Shown: in pieces, positions 1 through 8,412 of the stretch
Layout of the letters: each line of letters starts with the position of its first letter
Position numbering within the stretch: the stretch's first letter is position 1
Assembly (NCBI GenBank): GCA_036679605.1
Contig: JAZDCZ010000330.1
Location: forward strand, 1 to 32,010
Direction: 5' to 3'
Length of the DNA: 32,010 bases
Source of the DNA: Gemmatimonadota bacterium
GTDB lineage: Bacteria; Gemmatimonadota; Gemmatimonadetes; Gemmatimonadales; GWC2-71-9
Notes under the pieces: model-generated
Seen by the model: only the letters and a program-made list of their open reading frames with translations
What the model was told of the DNA's origin: nothing
Databases searched by the model: none
Program-made: the position numbers and the translations under genes

Positions 1-2
1 GT

Positions 3-78
3 GGACAACGGTAGTCTCCTGTCTCAACCCTTGATGTCGTTGAACAACACCAAGATAGAGCAGGATCTACCGTTGTCC
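3..78 (-). repeat. Long imperfect inverted repeat / stem-loop
   Basis: GGACAACGGTAG (3-14) is the exact reverse complement of CTACCGTTGTCC (67-78). Inner arms also pair (TCCTG/CAGGA, and CTTGGTGTTG/CGACATCAAG with G-U pairs on the minus strand). Confidence 0.7.
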
Positions 79-114
79 CATCCCCCATCTCACCCCGCAA
101 ATACCGGATGAACC

Positions 115-155
115 AAGAAAAAGAGGGTCATCTCGTTTGAGTGAGATGACCCTCT
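115..155 (-). terminator. Intrinsic terminator of the cold-shock gene
   Basis: Perfect 13-bp stem AGAGGGTCATCTC (122-134) / GAGATGACCCTCT (143-155), 8-nt loop, followed by a U-rich tract on the minus strand, 26 nt after the csp stop. Confidence 0.9.
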
Positions 156-181
156 CTAGCTTCCGCGAACTTCAGCCCGAA

Positions 182-391
182 TTAGTCGAGCTTGCTGACG
201 TTCTCGGCCGCAGGCCCCTTCTGTCCTTCAACGATGTCGAATTCTACACGCTGGCCCTCAGATAACGACTTGAAGCCGTCGCCCTGAATCGCCGAGTGGT
301 GAACGAAGCAATCCTTCTCTCCATTCTCCGGCGTGATGAAACCGAAGCCCTTGCTGTCATTGAACCACTTCACTGTTCCTGTCGTACGCAT
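182..391 (-). CDS. cspA: Cold-shock protein (CspA family), 69 aa
   Basis: [19 protein letters not shown]...CFVHHSAI...[10 protein letters not shown] contains the RNP1/RNP2 motifs. ATG at 391 has SD TAAGGAG (402-408). The ORF-track start at 508 is over-extended. Exact paralogue name uncertain. Confidence 0.97.
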   Translation of the reverse strand: MRTTGTVKWFNDSKGFGFITPENGEKDCFVHHSAIQGDGFKSLSEGQRVEFDIVEGQKGPAAENVSKLD

Positions 392-405
392 ATGCCGTAC
401 TCTCC

Positions 406-432
406 TTAGATTTGTTCGTCGGAGTCCGGCAC
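406..432 (-). CDS. Putative 8-aa upstream ORF (MPDSDEQI) in the csp leader
   Basis: GGAGG (440-444), 7 nt, then GTG CCG GAC TCC GAC GAA CAA ATC TAA. The TAA forms the start of the csp SD (TAAGGAG). Confidence 0.35.
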   Translation of the reverse strand: MPDSDEQI

Positions 433-550
433 AGCCGTACCTCCCGACTACTGGTCTGTCGCGGTCTATGCCCCCGCGCTGGGCTGCTGCACTGCAATTC
501 AGTTTCACCGAGCCACAGGCTAGCTGTTATTGCGGTCTAACTGGTCAAAC

Positions 551-585
551 AAAAAAAGGGCCTGCGCGCGCTGCCAGGACCCTTT
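551..585 (-). terminator. Intrinsic terminator upstream of the csp leader
   Basis: Minus strand AAAGGGTCCTG-GCAGCGCGCG-CAGGCCC-TTTTTTT: GC-rich stem with one bulge, followed by 7 U. Confidence 0.75.
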
Positions 586-633
586 ACGTGTTCCACTGGA
601 TGTTCCCGCTGCCAATCCCAATACTTCTTGTTG
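551..633 (-). ncRNA. Candidate ~80-nt small RNA or attenuated leader
   Basis: Bounded by a near-consensus sigma70 promoter (640-668) and an intrinsic terminator (551-585). Contains no SD-led ORF. Confidence 0.45.
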
Positions 634-639
634 CCATAA

Positions 640-668
640 AGAGTAGCGGTGAACCCCGGCCATGTCAA
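640..668 (-). promoter_or_regulatory. Sigma70-type promoter
   Basis: Minus strand TTGACA (668-663), 17-nt spacer, TACTCT (645-640). Confidence 0.7.
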
Positions 669-741
669 ACTGGACGATCACTGCAGCAAGCTGCGAAGCC
701 TCAGGTCGAGGACACTGGTAGTCACAGAAAGCAACCCGCGT

Positions 742-763
742 AGTGTGGCGTGCACGCCACACT
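742..763. repeat. Perfect 22-bp palindrome (possible operator or hairpin)
   Basis: AGTGTGGCGTGCACGCCACACT is its own reverse complement. It lies in the divergent intergenic region between csp and the PAS gene. Confidence 0.6.
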
Positions 764-1121
764 CAGTGATGTCAACAGAACACCGGCAACGACCAGTATG
801 CTCGTCGGTTTGCGGTGGGTGCTGAGGCGGCGGCTGTTTCAACATCCCCACACAAGCCTCGGATTCGATGCAGCAATGAGTAGCCACCGTACGCTAAGTC
901 ATTAATTCATAGTCGATTGCGACACGCAGGGAAGTGCCAAACTCAGGCGCTATCCACATTCTGCTGTGGAAAGTGTGTTTCTGGCGATCGCATTGCCTCT
1001 CGGGGATCCCGGTAGCCGAGCCGATTGGGACGAGCCAGCGACGGAGCTATGGAGCGGTTCCTGCATAATTTGCCGTGCTGGATGTCTATTTGCGGTCCGA
1101 TCTAAGGAGCAATCTGAGCTG

Positions 1122-2789
1122 ATGCGGGAGAGAAGAGTCGACGAGAAAACTGCGGCTAGATGGACCACAGGCGGCAAGGCTGCGCTGGCTGGCCACGCTG
1201 GGCGTGTCCAATCTCATCCCGGCTATCAGACAAGAGCAATCGGGTCCGACCCAAATCCTCTGGTCCAGCGAGTTGAAATTCTGACCGCAGAGGTCTGCAA
1301 ACTCCAATCGGTGTTGGCGCAGCTTCACAGATTCCGCTCACTCATCGACCGCAGCGGCGAGGCCATATTCGTTTCGGATTTGGTCACCGGTCGCATAGTC
1401 GACGCCAACGAGACCGCGTGCAGTTGGGTCGGCCTGACCAGAAAGAGACTGCTCTCGCTCTCGATATCCGAACTCGATCTCGATTTTCCACTCCAGTGCG
1501 AAAATGTGGTAGGAGATCACGTTACAGAGACCAGAATGTCGAGCCGACCGCTAATTCTCGGTACCGGGTCGCATCGTAGGCGCAACGGTACTTCTTTCCC
1601 CGTTGAAGTAGCGATTTCCAGCATGAGGTTCGGAGAGCGTGACTATGTGCTAAGCGTTGCCCGGGATTGCAGAGACAGGCGCTGGGCCGAGGAAGCGCTT
1701 CACGACAGCGACGAGGGTTACCGGGCACTGTTCGAGTCTACGCACGATGCCCTCTATATATCCGCTCGCGATGCCACCGTGGTAGATGTGAACCGAGCGG
1801 CCATGCAGCTATTCGGCTACTCGCGCGAAGAGTTCCTCGAGTTGGATGCGCGGCAATTGTACACTGATGCTACCGACATACATGCTTTCCGTGAAGAAGT
1901 AGAGGAGAGCGGATCCGTTCACGATCGACCAATAGAGTTTCGTGCGAAAGATGGCGAGCGGTTTCGAGGACTGCTGACGGTAACGCTACGCCACGCTAGT
2001 GATGGAAGTATTCTGGGCTATCAGTGCCTGATCCACCCGTCGACGAATAGAGCGGAACCACCGTCCCCAGCCCCCGACATTCGGGAGGCGAAAGCAGCGA
2101 CACCTGATTCAACAAATGACAAGGAAGTCGTTGCTCCGGTGATTGAAGAGGAATTCGTGGCTCCGGTGATTGTCGAAGAGGTAGATCCTGTCCCGGATGC
2201 TGTGGACCCGTCTCCGATGGCTGCAGAAGTGGTCGTGGGAACGGTGACCAGGCGGATCGTGGAAGAAATCGTGGAGCGACCCTTGAATGGCGGCACCGCC
2301 GCAGCGCCACGTCATGTTGTTTCGCAAGCTCAGACAGCCACGTCGAAAGCCCTGGCACGCGATGGCGTCGAGTCTCGTCCCTGGAAGGCAGCAGTGGTTC
2401 TTGGTGTGGCAGTTTCAGCGATCGCTTGGCTAACATTAAGATTCTATCCGTTCAGTTTCGGAGGCCGGGAGTGGGCGGTCAGCACGCAGGCGATCGGTGC
2501 TGCCCTAGTCGGACTCGGCCTGGCGGGCAAGCAGTGGCGTCGTACGGCGAGGGGTCTGGCCCTGGGTGCTGTAGTCCTTGCGGCGGCCGTTGTAGTGACG
2601 TACGCCAGCTACGTGGCGGGTCTGCCATTTGAGTTGCGCAACGTGGTACCAGAGACTTGGTCTGCGATTAAGGCCGCCATCGTGCATGTCTCTGCATTTG
2701 CGGTGGGCTTTGGGGCTATCTTCAGTAGTATCGCCTGGTATCTGTGGCGACAAACCGATGAGCTTGAACCCGGAGTCAAAGAAGCATAG
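1122..2789 (+). CDS. Tandem PAS-domain protein with acidic linker and C-terminal ~4-TM region
   Basis: Two PAS S-box repeats (FRSLIDRSGEAIFV...GRIVDANETAC...RRRNGTSFPVEV; YRALFESTHDALYI...VVDVNRAAMQLFGYSREE...KDGERF) and hydrophobic C-terminal segments. ATG 1122 is preceded by AAGGAG (1104-1109). Confidence 0.85.
   Translation: MRERRVDEKTAARWTTGGKAALAGHAGRVQSHPGYQTRAIGSDPNPLVQRVEILTAEVCKLQSVLAQLHRFRSLIDRSGEAIFVSDLVTGRIVDANETACSWVGLTRKRLLSLSISELDLDFPLQCENVVGDHVTETRMSSRPLILGTGSHRRRNGTSFPVEVAISSMRFGERDYVLSVARDCRDRRWAEEALHDSDEGYRALFESTHDALYISARDATVVDVNRAAMQLFGYSREEFLELDARQLYTDATDIHAFREEVEESGSVHDRPIEFRAKDGERFRGLLTVTLRHASDGSILGYQCLIHPSTNRAEPPSPAPDIREAKAATPDSTNDKEVVAPVIEEEFVAPVIVEEVDPVPDAVDPSPMAAEVVVGTVTRRIVEEIVERPLNGGTAAAPRHVVSQAQTATSKALARDGVESRPWKAAVVLGVAVSAIAWLTLRFYPFSFGGREWAVSTQAIGAALVGLGLAGKQWRRTARGLALGAVVLAAAVVVTYASYVAGLPFELRNVVPETWSAIKAAIVHVSAFAVGFGAIFSSIAWYLWRQTDELEPGVKEA
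2124..2180 (+). repeat. Intragenic ~27-nt tandem duplication (EVVAPVIEE / EFVAPVIVEE)
   Basis: GAAGTCGTTGCTCCGGTGATTGAAGAG followed by GAATTCGTGGCTCCGGTGATTGTCGAAGAG. Confidence 0.8.
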
Positions 2790-2973
2790 CCCAGCGCGCG
2801 CGCTCGTCCGTAACACCTCGTTATCTCTAGCTCACATAACCACATCCGCGATCGTACCCTGTCCACAACGTGCTTGCGGATCTTTGGGGAAAGGTTCCAT
2901 CAACACGTCGGGTTGGCTGTGCGTACTACGCGTAAAGGTCCCAGTTCACGACGAACCCGGTGGAGATCTCCCA

Positions 2974-4011
2974 ATGAAATACTTAGCCTCTCTTGTCCTA
3001 ACCTCGCTCGTTTGGGCCGGATCGCCGTTGGCCCCGGATACCGTAGACATCACTGAGTGGCGTGTGCCCTACAAGATGGACCAGGATAGACGAACGGTAG
3101 ATGGTTTCCCTGAATCTCCCCGCGAGAACACGCGTCCGAGGGATCCCTATGTCGATCTGCAAGGCAGAGTGTGGTTCTGTGGCCAGGCCGGCAACTATAT
3201 CGCCTATCTCGATCCGGCTACGGGAGACTTCAAACGGTACGAGATCGACGAGGGGACCCATCCACATAATCTCATCGTCGATGATAAAGGATACGTCTGG
3301 TATGCAGGCAACAGGGCAAGCCACATCGGCAGGCTCGATCCAGCCACCGGTGAGATCACGAAATTCATGATGCCTGACCCGGCTGTCACAGATCCGCATA
3401 CGCTGGTCTTCAACAGGGACGGAGACATATGGTTCACGGCGCAGCAGAGCAACGCGATCGGCAAGCTTTCGGTGTCGACGGGTGAGATTCAGCTCATCAT
3501 GGTCCCGACTCGGAGAGCACGTCCCTACGGCATTATTCTCGATTCGCATGACCGGCCTTGGGTCGCGCTGTTCGGGACCAACAAAATCGCTACGGTGAAT
3601 CCGACGACGATGGAGCTAGAAGAAATAGAACTCCCACGTGAGGCCACTCGGCCTCGCCGGATTGAAGTGACGTCAGACGACATGATCTGGTACGTCGATT
3701 ATGCGGGGGGAAGGCTTGGACGGCTGGACCCATCAACCAGGAAGGTCCAAGAATGGCTTACTCCTGGCGGTGCTGCCTCCAGGCCCTACGCAATGGTAAC
3801 AGACGACAAGGATCGCCTCTGGTTCGTGGAGTCTGAGCGGGCGGAGCCGAGCCGCGTGGTCGGCTTTGATCCGAAGGAGAACGCATTCTTTGGCATGACG
3901 ATTCTGCAGAGTGGTGGAATAACGGTTCGCCATATGGTTTTCCATGCACCGAGCCGCGAAATATGGTTTGGAACGGACGCAAACACCCTCGCCCGAGTTC
4001 GCGTTCCCTAA
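2974..4011 (+). CDS. Exported Vgb-family (virginiamycin B lyase-like) beta-propeller protein
   Basis: Signal peptide MKYLASLVLTSLVWA. Repeated blades of the type PxxxxxDxxGxxW...IGRLDPATG. GGAG SD before ATG 2974. Confidence 0.85.
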   Translation: MKYLASLVLTSLVWAGSPLAPDTVDITEWRVPYKMDQDRRTVDGFPESPRENTRPRDPYVDLQGRVWFCGQAGNYIAYLDPATGDFKRYEIDEGTHPHNLIVDDKGYVWYAGNRASHIGRLDPATGEITKFMMPDPAVTDPHTLVFNRDGDIWFTAQQSNAIGKLSVSTGEIQLIMVPTRRARPYGIILDSHDRPWVALFGTNKIATVNPTTMELEEIELPREATRPRRIEVTSDDMIWYVDYAGGRLGRLDPSTRKVQEWLTPGGAASRPYAMVTDDKDRLWFVESERAEPSRVVGFDPKENAFFGMTILQSGGITVRHMVFHAPSREIWFGTDANTLARVRVP

Positions 4012-4036
4012 AACCTCGGCAATAAGTGATACCTCC

Positions 4037-4064
4037 TTGCCTGAGAGGGCCCGGGGGGTAGAAT
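4037..4064 (+). promoter_or_regulatory. Sigma70-type promoter for the VPS10-like gene
   Basis: TTGCCT (4037-4042), 16-nt spacer, TAGAAT (4059-4064), about 65 nt upstream of the ATG. Confidence 0.55.
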
Positions 4065-4130
4065 ACGTCTAGAGAAGCACCGATTTCAGAAATGATGGTC
4101 CTAGAAGGTCCCAAGACGGAGGTAGTCTCA

Positions 4131-7100
4131 ATGAAGTCCCTATCGTGGTTACACGTGCGGCGGTCAATGCTTGCCACAGGAGCAACTTTTCTTTTTTCAC
4201 TTTCGGCCGTGAGCGCTAGTGCGCAGGTCGAATCTGCCGTGGCCAATCTCGAGTGGCGTAACATCGGCCCGACCATCATGGGCGGGCGCGTTGCTGATGT
4301 TGCGGTGGTGGAGTCAAACCCTTCCATTTTCTACGTCGGTACCGCCACGGGTGGAGTCTGGAAGACGGTAAACGCCGGGACTACCTGGGAGTCTTTGTTC
4401 GACGATCAGGAGACCTCATCGATCGGTGATGTGACACTGGCTCCTTCGAACCCCAACATAGTGTGGGTCGGGACCGGCGAGCCCCAGAACAGGCAGAGTT
4501 CGCCCTGGGGCAATGGTGTCTACAAGTCCACCGATGCCGGACGGACCTGGAAGCACATGGGGCTGAACGAGACTCTTCACATATCCCGGATCCAGATAAG
4601 CTCTTCGAACCCCGATGTCGTTTTCGTGGCGGCAGTGGGTCATCTATGGGGTCCCAACGAGGAGCGCGGCGTTTACCGGACTACCGACGGCGGAGCTACG
4701 TGGGACAAGGTGTTGTATGTGGATGAGAACACCGGTGTGATCGATTTGGCGATGGACCCCGGTGATCCGTCTACGTTGTTCGCGGCGATGTATCAGCGTC
4801 GCAGAACGGGTTGGGGTTTTAACGGTGGTGGTCCTGGCAGCGGTATCTATCGAACGACCGACGGTGGCGCTACGTGGGAGAAATTGACTGAGGGTTTACC
4901 TGCTGGCGACATGGGTCGGATTGGTTTGGACATCTACCGCGGTGACGGGAATGTGGTATACGCTCTTGTCGAAGCCGACCCGAGAGATCCAACCCGGGGT
5001 TTCGCGTTTGGGCCAACGCCCACGCGAGAGGGACAAGAACGCAAAACCGGCGTGTACCGCTCCACCGATCGGGGTGACACGTGGGAGCATTTGAGCAACA
5101 CGAATAACCGGCCGATGTATTACAGCCAGATTCGTATCGATCCTAACGACCCGAATCGGATCTACTCTGGTGGCTCACAGCTCTATAGATCGAGCGACGG
5201 CGGAAAGACGTTCACGAGCGACGCCGCCGCCAACGTCCATTCCGACCACCACGCGCTGTGGATCGACCCAAGTAACTCAAACCATCTGATCGTGGCGGGC
5301 GATGGTGGTGTATCGGTGTCGTGGGATCGAAGCGATCACTGGCGCCAGCTACGCAATCTCCCGATCGCTCAGTTTTATGAGATTGGCGTGGATATGCGCG
5401 ATCCATATTACGTGTGCGGTGGCTTGCAGGACAACGGATCGTGGTGTGGTCCCAGCGCAACTTGGTCGAACCAGGGAATCAGGACGCGCGACTGGTATAA
5501 CGTGGGTGGTGGGGACGGTTTCTTCACCGTCATCGATCCCAACGACCACACGGTCGTTTTTGGAGAATCTCAGGGTGGCAATCTCTATCGCAGGAACCTC
5601 GCCACAAATGAGAGCATCAGAATGCGACCTGTTGGGCGTCCTGTCGATGATGAAGATGACCGCAGCTTCCGGTGGAACTGGGACACTCCTGTCGTCATGT
5701 CGGCGCACGACAACGCAACGATCTATCTTGGCGGAAACGTGCTGTTCAAGTCGACGGATCGTGGCATGAGTTGGAGTGAAATGAGTCCCGATCTGACCAA
5801 GAATATCGATCGGACTACGCTGGAGATCATGGGCGTGATGGGGTCGAAGCCAATGATGTCACCCAATGACGGCACCTCTTCGTATGGCAACTTTGTCGAA
5901 ATAGCGGAATCTCCGTTGAATCCCTCGGTGCTCTACGTGGGTACCGATGACGGCAACGTACAACGCACACAAGACGGAGGTGCGACTTGGACCGATCTCA
6001 CTTCCAACTTCAAGAATGTGCCCGATAAGACGTATGTGAGTCGATTGGAGGCATCCAAGTTCGAGGAAGGCCGAGTTTACGCAACATTCGACGGCCACCG
6101 CAATGACGACTACAAAGCTTACGTATTCGTCAGTGAGGATTTCGGCCGACGCTGGCGGCCGATCGCGAAGGGGCTGCCGGACGGATGGACCGTGAACGTG
6201 CTTGTCGAGCATCCACGCAATCCGAATTTGTTGTTTCTCGGAAATGAGATCGGTGTCTATTTTTCAATCGACCGCGGTGCAAACTGGACCAAGTTGAACA
6301 ACAACCTGCCGACGGTTCCGGTAGACGACATCAAGATCCACCCACGCGAGAACGATCTGGTGATCGGAACTCACGGACGCGGTATTTGGATCATGCCCGA
6401 CATCACACCGCTCGAACAACTGTCGAGTGACGTGCTCGCATCGGCTTCCCACCTGTTTCCCGTACGTAGAGCTACATCGTACAATCCCTACACTCCGCAG
6501 GGTTGGACACCAGGTGTCTATGCTGCCGAGAATCCGGCCTATGGCGCGCTGATTCGATATTACCAGAGGGATGATCTCCAGTCGCCCGAGGTTCCAGTAG
6601 CAGGGGATGGGCCCGAGACGAACGGTCAGGGGCCCGCTGTAGGTAGCGGTTTTTCCCGTGGTGCCATGCGCCGAGTGGAATCCGCCAAGGCGAAGATCAC
6701 AATTCTTAGCGCAGCAGGTGAGACGGTACGGGAGTTAGAGGGATCCGGGAAAGCCGGCATCCAGCAGATTGTTTGGGATCTGAGGATCGCACCGCCGTAC
6801 GTAGCGGACGCTGCCCAACAGAGGAACCGCTTCCGTGGAGGACCTCCTCGCGGACCGAAAGTACTGCCGGGCACGTACACGGTGAGGCTGGAGGCCGCAG
6901 GTCAGACCAGTACGACCGATTTGGTCGTGAGGTTGGATCCTCGGGTCACGATCTCCGATGCCGACCTGCGGGCGAGGCAGGAAGTTCTCATGAGCGCCCA
7001 TAAGTTGGCGAAGCCGGTGTACGAGGCCGGCCGGGCTGTTCAGCGCATCAACCGGCAGTTGGCTGACGTCCGCCGCCTTCTGAAAGAGAGCGATGATGCT

Positions 7101-7397
7101 CCTCAAGCCCTGAAGGATCAGGTGAGTGAACTGGCCGATGAGGTGCGCGAACTTGGCCGGCAAATCACTCAGACGGCTCGCGGAGGACGGGGCACTTTCA
7201 GCATCGAGGCCTCAACGACCCTACCGACGGCCGATCAGGCATGGCAACTCGAACAGGCCTGGGAAAAGGTGCCCGGCCTGATCGAGAAACTCAACGATAT
7301 CATAGAGAACAAGATGCCTGCGCTCTACAGCGATCTCGACAAGCACGGCATCCGTCCCAGCCCGGGCAAGCCTGTGGCGGTACCCAAGCGGGGTTAG
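4131..7397 (+). CDS. Exported VPS10/sortilin-like BNR (Asp-box) repeat protein, glycosyl hydrolase-like
   Basis: Signal peptide, the WRNIGPTIMGGRV motif, many S/TxDGGxTW Asp-boxes, GGLQDNGSW, GTHGRG, and a C-terminal PGTYTVRL plus helical region. GGAGG SD before ATG 4131. Confidence 0.9.
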   Translation: MKSLSWLHVRRSMLATGATFLFSLSAVSASAQVESAVANLEWRNIGPTIMGGRVADVAVVESNPSIFYVGTATGGVWKTVNAGTTWESLFDDQETSSIGDVTLAPSNPNIVWVGTGEPQNRQSSPWGNGVYKSTDAGRTWKHMGLNETLHISRIQISSSNPDVVFVAAVGHLWGPNEERGVYRTTDGGATWDKVLYVDENTGVIDLAMDPGDPSTLFAAMYQRRRTGWGFNGGGPGSGIYRTTDGGATWEKLTEGLPAGDMGRIGLDIYRGDGNVVYALVEADPRDPTRGFAFGPTPTREGQERKTGVYRSTDRGDTWEHLSNTNNRPMYYSQIRIDPNDPNRIYSGGSQLYRSSDGGKTFTSDAAANVHSDHHALWIDPSNSNHLIVAGDGGVSVSWDRSDHWRQLRNLPIAQFYEIGVDMRDPYYVCGGLQDNGSWCGPSATWSNQGIRTRDWYNVGGGDGFFTVIDPNDHTVVFGESQGGNLYRRNLATNESIRMRPVGRPVDDEDDRSFRWNWDTPVVMSAHDNATIYLGGNVLFKSTDRGMSWSEMSPDLTKNIDRTTLEIMGVMGSKPMMSPNDGTSSYGNFVEIAESPLNPSVLYVGTDDGNVQRTQDGGATWTDLTSNFKNVPDKTYVSRLEASKFEEGRVYATFDGHRNDDYKAYVFVSEDFGRRWRPIAKGLPDGWTVNVLVEHPRNPNLLFLGNEIGVYFSIDRGANWTKLNNNLPTVPVDDIKIHPRENDLVIGTHGRGIWIMPDITPLEQLSSDVLASASHLFPVRRATSYNPYTPQGWTPGVYAAENPAYGALIRYYQRDDLQSPEVPVAGDGPETNGQGPAVGSGFSRGAMRRVESAKAKITILSAAGETVRELEGSGKAGIQQIVWDLRIAPPYVADAAQQRNRFRGGPPRGPKVLPGTYTVRLEAAGQTSTTDLVVRLDPRVTISDADLRARQEVLMSAHKLAKPVYEAGRAVQRINRQLADVRRLLKESDDAPQALKDQVSELADEVRELGRQITQTARGGRGTFSIEASTTLPTADQAWQLEQAWEKVPGLIEKLNDIIENKMPALYSDLDKHGIRPSPGKPVAVPKRG

Positions 7398-7476
7398 ATA
7401 GGAGTGAGCATGGTGGGGGCACGCACCTGCGCCCTCACCACGCGTCCCGTCTTACAACAGTTGGTCCATCCAAGCC

Positions 7477-8412
7477 ATGTCCAATCCGCTAACACCTTTT
7501 CTTGATCAGCAGGGTGTCTTGATATTGGATGGTGGTCTCGCCACCGAGTTGGAAGCGCGTGGTTACGATCTGAACGACGATCTCTGGTCGGCACGGGGGT
7601 TGATGGAAAGGCCCGATCTAATCGGGCAAGTTCATTCCGATTATCTGGATGCCGGTGCCGATTGCATTGTGAGCGCCAGTTACCAAGCCACTCCGCTGGG
7701 GTTCATGCGACGTGGCTTGAGTCAAGAGGAGGCTGCTGATCTGCTCGTGTTCTCGGTCCGGCTTGCCCTGGACGCTCGCGACGAATTCTGGGCAGATCCC
7801 GTTCATCAAACCCGTCGCATCAAACCGATCGTGGCGGCTAGCGTAGGTCCGTACGGTGCCTACCTGGCAGACGGCTCCGAATACACAGGCGATTACGATA
7901 TTGGAGAGCAGGCGTTGACCGACTTTCACCGTGAGCGCTGGCGAATCCTTGCGAGGAGCGGTGCGGATCTGTTTGCATGCGAGACGATTCCGTCGATCGA
8001 TGAAGCTCTGGCGTTCATGACTCTGCTGAGCGAGACGCCTCAGGTCCATGCATGGTTCAGCTTCAGTTGCGTTGATGAAACGAGAGTGAGTGACGGAACC
8101 AAGTTGGCCGAGTTGGCCCTCCGCCTTGACGACTCAGATCAGGTGGTCGCTATCGGTGTGAACTGTACTGCGCCCAGATTTATTTCAAGCCTGGTTGCAG
8201 AAGTACGTGGTGTAACCGACAAGCCGATAATCGTCTACCCCAATTCGGGAGAGCGGTTCGATGCAAATGAACGACACTGGTCGGGTGCAAAAACGCTCGA
8301 CGATTTCGCCGAGTTGAGTGTAGAGTGGCGGAATATGGGAGCCTCGATAATCGGAGGGTGCTGTCGCACGGGCCCGGCTCAGATCGGAGACTTGAGAAGG
8401 CAGCTATTGTAG
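7477..8412 (+). CDS. mmuM: Homocysteine S-methyltransferase
   Basis: LILDGGLATELEARG, ASVGPYGAYLADGSEYTG, ACETIPS, GVNC, VYPNSGE and IIGGCCRT (Zn-binding Cys). Confidence 0.93.
   Translation: MSNPLTPFLDQQGVLILDGGLATELEARGYDLNDDLWSARGLMERPDLIGQVHSDYLDAGADCIVSASYQATPLGFMRRGLSQEEAADLLVFSVRLALDARDEFWADPVHQTRRIKPIVAASVGPYGAYLADGSEYTGDYDIGEQALTDFHRERWRILARSGADLFACETIPSIDEALAFMTLLSETPQVHAWFSFSCVDETRVSDGTKLAELALRLDDSDQVVAIGVNCTAPRFISSLVAEVRGVTDKPIIVYPNSGERFDANERHWSGAKTLDDFAELSVEWRNMGASIIGGCCRTGPAQIGDLRRQLL

Noticed and set aside
392..508. N-terminal extension of Csp in the ORF track (108 aa)
   Set aside because: The Csp domain starts at ATG 391 with a strong SD; the extension is 5' leader.
333..887. 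ORFs 333-743 (+), 520-762 (-) and 678-887 (-)
   Set aside because: No recognisable domains or SD. They overlap csp or run through the promoter and terminator signals.
926..939. Sigma54-like TGGCAC...TGC on the minus strand
   Set aside because: GG-to-GC spacing is 9 nt, not the required 10.
950..973. Inverted pair of DnaA-box-like 9-mers (CTATCCACA / TGTGGAAAG)
   Set aside because: One and two mismatches to TTATCCACA, only two sites, and no origin context (no dnaA, no AT-rich unwinding element).
2629..2973. 115-aa N-terminal extension of the Vgb-like ORF
   Set aside because: It overlaps the PAS gene. The SD and signal peptide point to ATG 2974.
2974..4011. Calling this a vgb antibiotic-resistance gene
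   Set aside because: Only fold-level similarity is visible, and it carries a signal peptide.
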